Origin: Sedimentisphaerales bacterium | GTDB lineage: Bacteria; Planctomycetota; Phycisphaerae; Sedimentisphaerales; SM23-30 | Assembly (NCBI GenBank): GCA_963666285.1 | Contig: OY762711.1 | Length of the DNA stretch: 64,000 bases | Direction: 5' to 3' (one strand) | Part shown: in pieces, positions 19,698 to 28,558 of the stretch | Numbering within the stretch: position 1 is the stretch's first letter | How the letters are laid out: each line of letters starts with the position of its first letter | Notes under the pieces: model-generated | The model's input: the letters and a program-made list of their open reading frames with translations, nothing else | Database searches by the model: none | What the model was told of the DNA's origin: nothing | Made by a program: the position numbers and the translations under genes

Positions 19698-21152
19698 ATG
19701 AAAATGAAAATTGGTATGTGTTTGTTGTCGCTGGTGCTGCTGGTCTCATTTACAGGTTGTAAGAAGGAAGAGCCGGAAACGGCAGAGTCCGGGAAGGTTT
19801 CAGCTATCGTGCCGGAGGTGTCGGGGTTTGACAGGCTTAAAGAATCTGAGGGCAGCAGTGTTTTCAGCCTGGAGCGGAATCTGTCGAAAGAGGGCAGTCT
19901 CGACCTGGGTTTTGGAACGTGTCAGTGGCTGCATCCGCTGGATAAGTGTGAGGAGGAGCTGGCAGCTGAACCGGAATATGGTTCGGAAAATGTGGTATAT
20001 TACGCGGCGGGTTATGGCGATTCGACGGTTGACAGGATGCATACCTTTGTACTGGATGAGAGCGGCGGGACCGGCAGCGGTTATGATACGGTATATTATG
20101 ACCGGGATAATGATAACCGGCTGGATGGCGAGAATGAGCGGGTGAGTGTAGCAGTGGGTGACCCGGGACATTCAGACCCGGTGAGGATTGAGCTGCAGGT
20201 CGAGGTTGAGGGTGAGCGGTATCCATATTTTGTGAATTTGAGTGCGTTTACCTATAAGGATGAGAATAACCCGGTTGAGAAGGTGCATATGAACCTGCGG
20301 AACAGCTCTTATTATGCCGGGAAGGTGACACTTGATGGTAAAGAGTATGCTTTTGCGGTGGGTGATCTGGATAGTAACGGGATGTATAATGATTACGAGG
20401 AGCGAGTGTTTCGGGGTGACAGGCTGTTTGTTGACCTGAACGGGAACGGAAGTTTTAAAAGTGATGATGAGGGTGTGCCGTTCAGTCAGTATGTAAAGAT
20501 CGCCGGTAAATGGTATGAGGCTGCGATGAAGCCTTGCGGTGATGAGATAGCATTTATGCCGTATGATGGCACATTTGGGACATTGAAGGGCAGTAAGGAA
20601 TATTCGACGGTCAAGCTGTTTTCGGGGAAATTGAACCAGAAGGTTGATTTCCACGAGGGCGTGGGGCAGGTGCTGGTGGATGAATATAAACTGGTGCAGG
20701 TTGAGCTGGTTAGTATGGATGGCGATGGAAAGAGCTGGAAGATGAGGGGTGATTTTCGAGATGAGAAGCCGGAGGTGGCGGTTGTAGAAGATGGTCAGGT
20801 GGAGATGCCTAAGCTGCTGCCGATGGAGATATCTGTTACGGTGAAGGAGAATGAAAAGGGTGAACTTGAGATTGAGCATAATCTGGCCAGTGCGGCGGGC
20901 GGAGTGTTTCGGTGTCCGCGAATTGATGGCGAGAGGCCTGAAGGAAGTTTTACAATCGTAGATGAGAAGGGGCAGGTTGTACTTGAAAGCAAGTTCGACT
21001 ATGGTTGAGGCGATTTATGCGAGTACTCGTGGCGAGTACCAAGTGATCTGACCGGTAAATTTGTAGTTAAGCCTAAGATCGAGATGGGCGGTTTTGAGTT
21101 CAAGGTGATTGATACTGAGATCGAGCTTAAAGGCGGGAAGATTGTGCCGTAG
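19698..21152 (+). CDS. Lipoprotein of unknown function; probable selenoprotein with in-frame UGA at 21006-21008 (484 aa if read through, 436 aa if UGA is a stop)
   Basis: Lipobox FTGC; after FDYG-UGA the frame stays open for 47 codons (GDLCEYSWRVP..KIVP-TAG); SECIS-like hairpin at 21023-21039. Confidence 0.72.
21009..21040 (+). promoter_or_regulatory. Candidate bacterial SECIS element
   Basis: GTACTCG-TGG-CGAGTAC perfect 7-bp stem; G-containing loop about 21 nt after the UGA. Confidence 0.62.
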
Positions 21153-21490
21153 AGGGGCTTTAAAAGTATCAAGTATGAATTATAAAGTATAAAAAGAAAG
21201 GTGCTACGAATATAGGTAAGATGTAAAAGGTAAGAATTGTGGTGTTCTTGCACCGTACGGTACAGGACCTTATTTTAAATCGCCTGCGGCGAGATTACCC
21301 CTTACTGCTGTGCGTGGCTCTGACAATCTAATGCGATGTCGGGGTAATTTGAAATATTATAGAAAGGTATTGTAGTAAATTGTATAATATGAATAGAGCA
21401 AGCAGGACAATTGAGACAGTTAGAAAAAGATTTATATTCATCATGAAGGGATTGAAGGTAGTGAAGTTGAAATAAAGGATGTTGTTTTGT

Positions 21491-22825
21491 ATGAAGAAAT
21501 ATTTATGCAGTTTAATTTTAATTTCGTTTCTAACTATTACAGGTTGTGAGAATCATGATATTAATAGTGAATTTCATACGGCTGTTTTACAATCAAATGA
21601 AGAAAAAATAATTGAAATACTCGATGAAGGTTTTGATGTAAATAGCCTCGATGGTAATACAGTTGGCCGTAATGTATTACACAGTGTTTATGATCTTAAT
21701 ATTGCAAAATTATTAGTTGCCAGAGGAGCAGACCTGGAACAGCGTGATAAAGAAGGGGCAACTCCTCTTTGTACAGTCTTGCGTTTTGGCCAGGGTCATA
21801 TTGCTATGTATTATATAGACCAGGGGGCTGATATTAATGTGACCTGTTCGGCGGGAAGAACTGTTATGTATTTTGCATGCATGGGAGGAGAACCGAAAGC
21901 ATTACAATATCTTATTGACAAAGGCCTTGATGTGAACGCGAAATGCCATAATAAAACATATCCTATATTTGTAGCAATTAAATACGGAAATTATCATGCA
22001 GTAAAATGCCTGCTCGATAATGGGGCTGATTGTTTTGTTACCCATACAATTGCTGATCAATTCGATATATATCCAATACAGCAAGCGATAATAGCATATA
22101 ATAGTAAATTAAAAAACGCTAAACTGATAATTGAATTGTTGTTAAAACATATGGATATGTCACGCAAACTTAACGGAGATTGTACTTTTATACATTATGC
22201 AGTAGGTAACGATTTTTATTATGAACATGATTACATATATGATATAGCTGAACGTTCAGATATAAATTCTTTAAATTCAGAAGGGTGGTCGGTACTTGAC
22301 AGAATGGAATTGCTGAAAAATAAGAGTGAAAAACACAGGCAGTTTTATGAATATTTGCTGAAGAATGGAGCTAAGTCATTAAGAGTAAAAGGGGAACATG
22401 AGCATGATTTTATTGGAGGTGAGATTAATGAGAATAAAATTACAGCTGAGCAGGCTACATTATTAGTTGAGCAGATCATTGAAAATAAATATTCTCTCTT
22501 TGAAGATAAAGTATCAAACTATTATGCTGTTACGTGGTGTGATAAGTTGATTAGGCAAAAATATTCTGATCAATCTATAAGACTATTGGATTATCTATAT
22601 GATAATGCAGTGGATGATATTAAATTTCAAAAGTATTATTTTAGTTCGCGTGCATTAATAATGGCAGCATCTGTTGATAACGAAAAGGTATTTGACCATT
22701 TAATTAAGTTAGGGGTAGATCCAAATTCAAAATCAATAACAGGGAAAACCTTTTTTGAGTATGCAAAGGAAAAACTTAGTCCAGAGCTATGTAATAAGTA
22801 TTTAGAGCGGTTAAGTCAGGAATGA
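21491..22825 (+). CDS. Ankyrin-repeat lipoprotein
   Basis: Lipobox ITGC; repeats GRNVLH..LLVARGAD, GATPL..GADIN, GRTVM..GLDVN, LLDNGAD; AT-rich relative to its neighbours. Confidence 0.85.
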   Translation: MKKYLCSLILISFLTITGCENHDINSEFHTAVLQSNEEKIIEILDEGFDVNSLDGNTVGRNVLHSVYDLNIAKLLVARGADLEQRDKEGATPLCTVLRFGQGHIAMYYIDQGADINVTCSAGRTVMYFACMGGEPKALQYLIDKGLDVNAKCHNKTYPIFVAIKYGNYHAVKCLLDNGADCFVTHTIADQFDIYPIQQAIIAYNSKLKNAKLIIELLLKHMDMSRKLNGDCTFIHYAVGNDFYYEHDYIYDIAERSDINSLNSEGWSVLDRMELLKNKSEKHRQFYEYLLKNGAKSLRVKGEHEHDFIGGEINENKITAEQATLLVEQIIENKYSLFEDKVSNYYAVTWCDKLIRQKYSDQSIRLLDYLYDNAVDDIKFQKYYFSSRALIMAASVDNEKVFDHLIKLGVDPNSKSITGKTFFEYAKEKLSPELCNKYLERLSQE

Positions 22826-22872
22826 CCAGTTAGTTTTTGCCAGTAATTTTATTGTAATTATATTCGTTACGA

Positions 22873-23334
22873 ATGGCAATTAAAATGATTATGCTAATTA
22901 GATACATATTGGTAAAAAAACTTATAGAAAAAGCCTGGTTTATGCTTGGAGTTTTATGTGTGGGCCTATATCCAATGTTTTCATTAAGACTTTGGAATAA
23001 TATTGATATGTATCTTGTATTATTGATTATCGTTATTTCAGGGATTATTGGCTTTTTGTTAAGTAGAATCTTAGGTGAAATAATTGTATTCCCTGTTTTG
23101 CTATTGTTAAATTATTTAATAGAATTAGCAGACGGCGGTGAACTTGGTTACAATGATAGAGTTGTGGTAGTAATAGGAAAACATAAGGGTAAAGTCGGTA
23201 CAGTACGTAGTATTTGTGATACGTATAGAGAGGTTAAAGTTTATCTAGAGATAAATGAGAATCAAAGCAACTCTGAAGTATTTGATTTTGCTGCTGTTAA
23301 GATTATTGAGAAGGCCGTCAGAAATGATATTTAA
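22873..23334 (+). CDS. Small membrane protein with C-terminal KOW-like motif
   Basis: Hydrophobic N-terminal helices; DRVVVVIGKHKGKVGTV. Confidence 0.6.
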   Translation: MAIKMIMLIRYILVKKLIEKAWFMLGVLCVGLYPMFSLRLWNNIDMYLVLLIIVISGIIGFLLSRILGEIIVFPVLLLLNYLIELADGGELGYNDRVVVVIGKHKGKVGTVRSICDTYREVKVYLEINENQSNSEVFDFAAVKIIEKAVRNDI

Positions 23335-23719
23335 GGCGTCGCTGACGCGAGTATATTTTTAATGGCTATGCCGAAGAAAATAAAAAAAACACTATGAGAT
23401 CAGAGATCAGGTTGCCGGTTTCTGGGCGCAGGGAAGGAAAGCGGATATAGGTAAAAAGTAAAAGGTAAGAGGTAAGAGGTGTCTGTGTCTGGTCCTGTGA
23501 TAAGTTGACACATAAATATTTAATGTTTAGCCAAATTACAGGAGCTAAAAATTATGAAAACACGCAGGATCCTGGTTGTAGTTGATATTGCGAAATAACC
23601 CTTCTGGCGGCATTTTTGCATTATCATACTTATATATTTTTGCTTTCTTTATTTTATTATTTTATCTGTTATAATTATCTCTTAATATATATGTATAGAT
23701 AATAAAGGAGATATTTATT

Positions 23720-24703
23720 ATGAATAGGGCAATAGGTGTATTTCTAACGGTTTTATTTGTTTTTGTGGCAACAGTATTTGCATCTGAGGAAAAGGGAGGT
23801 TTTTTATTTGTTACGTTCAGGGGTGAAGGCTCGCCGATGACCGAGCAGATATATTTTATGGTCAGCCGGGACGGTAGCGAATGGAAGGCACTTAATAATG
23901 GAGAGCCGGCACTGGTGAGTACTGTAGGTGAAAAGGGGGTGAGAGACCCGTATATTATCCGCAGTCATGATAACAGTAAGTTTTACCTGATCGCAACTGA
24001 TCTTTCGATGCATTTTAAACGAGATTGGGGTAAAGCTGTGACGGTTTCCAGTAAATGTGTTGTTATCTGGGAGTCGGAGGACCTGGTGAAGTGGTCCGAG
24101 CCGAAGCTTGTCCAGGTTGCACCTGACGATGCGGGCTGTGCGTGGGCGCCGGAAATAGTTTACGATCAGGATAAGAAGCAGTACATGATATTCTGGGCGT
24201 CAACAACCGGCAGAGATGAGTTTAAGAAGCATCGTATCTGGGCTGTTAATACCTCAGATTTTGAGACTTTCAGCGAGCCATTTATCTATATCGAAAAGCC
24301 GACGACGATTATTGATACGACCATCGTTAATGATAACGGCACTTATTACCGGTTCACAAAGGATGAGAAGTATAAAGCTATTACCATGGAAAAGAGCAAG
24401 CATCTTATGGACGGCTGGGAGGGGATAGAGCAGTTTTCGCTGTCACAGATGAAAGGCTATGAAGGACCGGCATGTTTTGTTATTGAGCCGGCAGCGGGGG
24501 GGAAGTCTGCCAGGTGGTGTTTGCTGCTGGACTGGTATGCTCGCGGGAAGGGGTACCAGGCGTATATAACTGAAGATCTCAGTAAAGGTAATTTTGTCGA
24601 AGGAGAAGCAATGAAATTTCCGTTTCATCCGGTTCGTCATGGTTCAGTTATGCCGATTACATGCCAGGAGATGAACCGGCTATTGTGGAATGAGATGGAA
24701 TAA
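23720..24703 (+). CDS. Secreted glycoside hydrolase family 43 (five-bladed propeller)
   Basis: Signal peptide; GVRDP, AWAPE, IDTT, YEGP, RHGSV motifs. Confidence 0.88.
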   Translation: MNRAIGVFLTVLFVFVATVFASEEKGGFLFVTFRGEGSPMTEQIYFMVSRDGSEWKALNNGEPALVSTVGEKGVRDPYIIRSHDNSKFYLIATDLSMHFKRDWGKAVTVSSKCVVIWESEDLVKWSEPKLVQVAPDDAGCAWAPEIVYDQDKKQYMIFWASTTGRDEFKKHRIWAVNTSDFETFSEPFIYIEKPTTIIDTTIVNDNGTYYRFTKDEKYKAITMEKSKHLMDGWEGIEQFSLSQMKGYEGPACFVIEPAAGGKSARWCLLLDWYARGKGYQAYITEDLSKGNFVEGEAMKFPFHPVRHGSVMPITCQEMNRLLWNEME

Positions 24704-24940
24704 AAAAACAGGTATTAGGTATTAGTTTTTAGGTGTTAGGGAATGATTGCCGCAGAGCGGCAGGCTTGTTTTATGTAAAAAAATGAGGTGTTCGTCTATC
24801 CTTCGACTAGCTCAGGACAGGCCGACTCATAACTTAGTTTGAAGGACAAATACGGACGGACACGGATGAGAAGAAATTGTATGAAGGATGAAAAATATAA
24901 GGCAGCAGTTTGGAAAATGTAATTTTAAGGGTATTGCAGC

Positions 24941-27900
24941 ATGAAAGATAAGTATCGAAGAAGTATTGTGAAGTTATCGGGTATTGTCCGGGTGGTAATG
25001 CCGGGATTGTTAGCTATAATTGCCGGTTATGCGGGAGCCGGCAGCGTAGATCAGATAGCGAGAGAATTTGAGATGCCGCCAGATTCGGCCCGGCCGGGAG
25101 TGTACTGGTATTTTATGGACGGTAATCTGAATGGCGAAGAGATGACCGCTGACCTGGAATCAATGAAGGAAGTCGGGCTAGGCAACCTGGTATTTCTGGA
25201 GGTAAATGTAGGAGTACCGCGCGGTCCGGTCGATTTTATGGGTGAAAAATGGCAGGATCTGTTTGTTCATGCAGTTCGCGAGGCTGAGCGGCTGGGGATT
25301 GATATTACGCTGGGAGCGGGGCCAGGCTGGACTGGCAGCGGCGGTCCGTGGATAAAGCCGGAGCAGGCGATGCAGCACCTGGTGTTTAGCGAGACCGAGG
25401 TAAAAGGTCCGGGCCGGTTCAATGCCGTGCTGCCAGTGCCGGAGCAGCGTCCAACGCCCTGGGGCAATATGCGAAGTGATTTTTGTGAGGATGTGGCGGT
25501 GTATGCTATTGCCAAGTGTCCGGCGGTAATTGCTGATATAAACGAAAAGGCACTATACAACCGAGATCCGTACACTTCCAAGGCTGGTGTGAAGGCGTAT
25601 CTGCCGGCATTGGCAGAATATCCAGAGCCGGGCGAGGGGGCGGTAGTCTCGCTAGATGAGATGATAGATCTGGCCGGATATATGCAGCCGGATGGTCGTT
25701 TGGCGTGGGATATTCCTGAGGGTGAATGGACGATAGTGCGTATGGCCCGCCGAGCGACTTGTGCCAATACCCGTCCGGCACCGCAGCCGGGAGTGGGGCT
25801 GGAGTGTGATAAGTTTGATCCGGCAGCGTTAGATGTTCAGCTGGCGAATTATTATGATAAACTGCTGAAGAAAACAGGGGCAAGTCGAGGAAAGCATGGT
25901 TGGAAGGCGGTCCACCTGGACAGCTGGGAGATGGGGGCACAGAACTGGACGGGATCGTTTTTGGCTGAGTTTGCGGCAAGGCGCGGCTATGATGCCAGGC
26001 CGCTGCTGTTGGCTTATACCGGCCGGGCAGTAGAAAGTGTGGAGATATCTGAGCGGTTTCTGTGGGATGTTCGGCAGACATGCCAGGAGCTGGTATTGGA
26101 GAATTATGCCGGTTATTTGAAGGAATACGGAGCTAAAAACGGCTTTGAGCTTTCGATTGAGCCGTATGATATGAACCCGACAGCAGACCTGGACCTGGGA
26201 GCGGTTGCAGATGTGCCGATGTGTGAGTTCTGGAGTGCGGGGATGGGGTATGACAGTTCTTTCAGCTGTATTGAGTCGACGTCGGTTGCTCATACAATGG
26301 GTCGGTCGATTGTCTCGGCGGAAGCGTTTACCGCAGATTACGGCAGTGAAGGATGGCGTCAGTATCCATATTCGATGAAGAACCAGGGTGACTGGGCTTT
26401 TTGTATTGGGATTAACCGATTTGTCTATCATACCTTTGCCCATAGCCCGCTGGGCGGTGAGTATCGGCCTGGTATGACGATGGCGGGTTATGGTGTGCAT
26501 TGGGACAGGGGGCAGACGTGGTGGCCGATGGCGGGAGAGTATCATAAGTATATCAGCCGCTGTTCGCATCTTATGCGGCAGGGAGTAGGAGTTTCGGATA
26601 TATTGTACCTGACGCCGGAAGGAGCTCCGCATGTGTTTAGGGCACCTGCTAGTGCGCTGGCAGGTTCAGGGCCGCTGGCAGATAAGAAGGGTTATGGTTT
26701 TGATGGTTGTTCTCCGAATATACTGATGGCAAGGGCCGAGGTAAGTAAAGGGAAAATCGTGTTTCCCGGGGGGACAGCGTATAGTGTTATGGTATTGCCG
26801 GATGTTAAGACGATGACGCCTGAGCTATTGAAAAAGATCGAGAAGCTGGTAAAGGCGGGAGCGACGGTTATCGGTTCGCCGCCGGTGAAGTCGCCGAGTT
26901 TGTCGGGCTATCCGGACTGTGACGGGGAGGTTCGTAAACTGGCGAAGCGGATGTGGGGAAGTATGGAGTCGCCGAAAGAGATATTAAAGCGTCGATATGG
27001 GCTAGGGAAGATATACTGGGGCGGAGAATTGTCCATGACGGCAGATAGAGAAGCCAAGACGATTTTAGCCGGGAGCAGGTGGGTATGGTACCCGGAAGGT
27101 AGCCCGCAGGTTTCGGCACCGGTTGCAGAGCGATATTTCAAGCGAGTTGTAGAGGTGGATGCCGGTAGAGAGCTTGTTTCGGCGCGGGCGGCGTTGACAG
27201 CGGATAATTCATTTAAGCTATTGGTTAATGGTGAGCAGGTCCTGGAAGGAGATAATTTCAATATTATCCAGGAGTCGAATATCAAGAGATATATGCAGGT
27301 GGGAGAAAATGTAATAGAAGTTGCAGCGGCTAATGTCGGGGATGGTGATAATCCTGCGGGTCTGATCGCTGCGATAGAGCTTAGGTATAAAGACGGCAGC
27401 AGCGAGATGATCTATACTGACAGTTCATGGCAGGCGGGTTTGGGTAGAGAGTCAGAATTGAAGCCGGTGGTGGAATTGGGCGAGTTTGCGATGGGTCCTT
27501 GGCGTCTGTCAGCAGATAAGGCTATGCCTGGATTGTACCCGGAGTATAATATAACGGCTGATATACTGGCAGAGAATAAAATTGAGGAAGATTTCAGGTC
27601 TGATGGTCCGATCCGTTACGGCCATCGCAGAAGCAGGGAAATGGAGCTGTATTTTGTGTCTAATAAGACAGAAAACGAAGTGCAGGCGGAATGCCGGTTC
27701 AGGACAGGACTGGGCGGGCCGCAATTGTGGGATCCGGTGACAGGGGAAATGCGTCAATTGCCGCGATATAAAGTTGAGGATGGGGTAACGACTATACCGA
27801 TGGAGTTTTGTCCGTATCAGAGCTATTTTGTGGTATTTCCACGTTCCGGTGTGAAGGTTGCTGATGAGTCGGTTGGGGAGAATTTTCTGAGGGCGGCAGC

Positions 27901-28429
27901 CTTTGCGAAACTAGAAGGAGCGTGGGAAGTGAGCTTTGATCCGAAATGGGGCGGACCGGGGAAAGTGGTGTTTCCGGAGCTTTATGACTGGACAGAAAGT
28001 CAGGAAAGAGGCATAAAGTATTATTCCGGGATAGCGACTTATAGTAAGAAGTTTGATTGCGTAGAGGATGCTGCTCCAGGAGCGAGAGTGTATCTTGATC
28101 TTGGAGTTGTGCATGATATGGCTCGTGTAAGGCTGAATGGTGAAGAGCTTGGTGTTGTATGGTGTGCGCCGTGGCGTGTGGAGGTTACTGGAGTTTTGCA
28201 GGGTGGTACAAATACCCTTGAAATCGAAATAGCGAATCGCTGGCCTAACCGTATGGTAGGCGATAAGCAGGAGCCGGATGCAAATGTCAGGACAGTTCAG
28301 TGGCCGGAAGGGTACCTGGAAAAGAAGTCGTTCAAAACCGGTCGATATACGTTTGCAACATTTCAATCGTATGACAAACTGCTGCCGTCCGGTTTGCTGG
28401 GTCCGGTGCGGCTAATGGCTGAAGAGTGA
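24941..28429 (+). CDS. GH106-like alpha-L-rhamnosidase
   Basis: PPDSARPGVYWYFMDGN, GPGWTGSGGPW, HLDSWEMG, PMCEFW, SAEAFT, WDPVTG, LDLGVV..ARVRLNG, PSGLLGPV. Confidence 0.88.
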   Translation: MKDKYRRSIVKLSGIVRVVMPGLLAIIAGYAGAGSVDQIAREFEMPPDSARPGVYWYFMDGNLNGEEMTADLESMKEVGLGNLVFLEVNVGVPRGPVDFMGEKWQDLFVHAVREAERLGIDITLGAGPGWTGSGGPWIKPEQAMQHLVFSETEVKGPGRFNAVLPVPEQRPTPWGNMRSDFCEDVAVYAIAKCPAVIADINEKALYNRDPYTSKAGVKAYLPALAEYPEPGEGAVVSLDEMIDLAGYMQPDGRLAWDIPEGEWTIVRMARRATCANTRPAPQPGVGLECDKFDPAALDVQLANYYDKLLKKTGASRGKHGWKAVHLDSWEMGAQNWTGSFLAEFAARRGYDARPLLLAYTGRAVESVEISERFLWDVRQTCQELVLENYAGYLKEYGAKNGFELSIEPYDMNPTADLDLGAVADVPMCEFWSAGMGYDSSFSCIESTSVAHTMGRSIVSAEAFTADYGSEGWRQYPYSMKNQGDWAFCIGINRFVYHTFAHSPLGGEYRPGMTMAGYGVHWDRGQTWWPMAGEYHKYISRCSHLMRQGVGVSDILYLTPEGAPHVFRAPASALAGSGPLADKKGYGFDGCSPNILMARAEVSKGKIVFPGGTAYSVMVLPDVKTMTPELLKKIEKLVKAGATVIGSPPVKSPSLSGYPDCDGEVRKLAKRMWGSMESPKEILKRRYGLGKIYWGGELSMTADREAKTILAGSRWVWYPEGSPQVSAPVAERYFKRVVEVDAGRELVSARAALTADNSFKLLVNGEQVLEGDNFNIIQESNIKRYMQVGENVIEVAAANVGDGDNPAGLIAAIELRYKDGSSEMIYTDSSWQAGLGRESELKPVVELGEFAMGPWRLSADKAMPGLYPEYNITADILAENKIEEDFRSDGPIRYGHRRSREMELYFVSNKTENEVQAECRFRTGLGGPQLWDPVTGEMRQLPRYKVEDGVTTIPMEFCPYQSYFVVFPRSGVKVADESVGENFLRAAAFAKLEGAWEVSFDPKWGGPGKVVFPELYDWTESQERGIKYYSGIATYSKKFDCVEDAAPGARVYLDLGVVHDMARVRLNGEELGVVWCAPWRVEVTGVLQGGTNTLEIEIANRWPNRMVGDKQEPDANVRTVQWPEGYLEKKSFKTGRYTFATFQSYDKLLPSGLLGPVRLMAEE

Positions 28430-28493
28430 GAGTGGTTTCCGAAAATTTTATCCGAAATTGATGATAGAGCAATATTAAAGTGTTCTAATAAGA

Positions 28494-28535
28494 AAAGCCA
28501 ATATCAGCCGTAATAGCAGGGCCGATATTGGCTTT
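28494..28535. terminator. Bidirectional terminator between convergent genes
   Basis: AAAGCCAATATC/GATATTGGCTTT inverted repeat. Confidence 0.7.
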
Positions 28536-28558
28536 GTTTAGTTTGGTTTCAGGTTAAA

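Noticed and set aside
19465..23500. Integron cassette array
   Set aside because: Isolated RYYYAAC/GTTRRR-like words occur, but there are no complementary attC hairpins and no integron integrase in the window.
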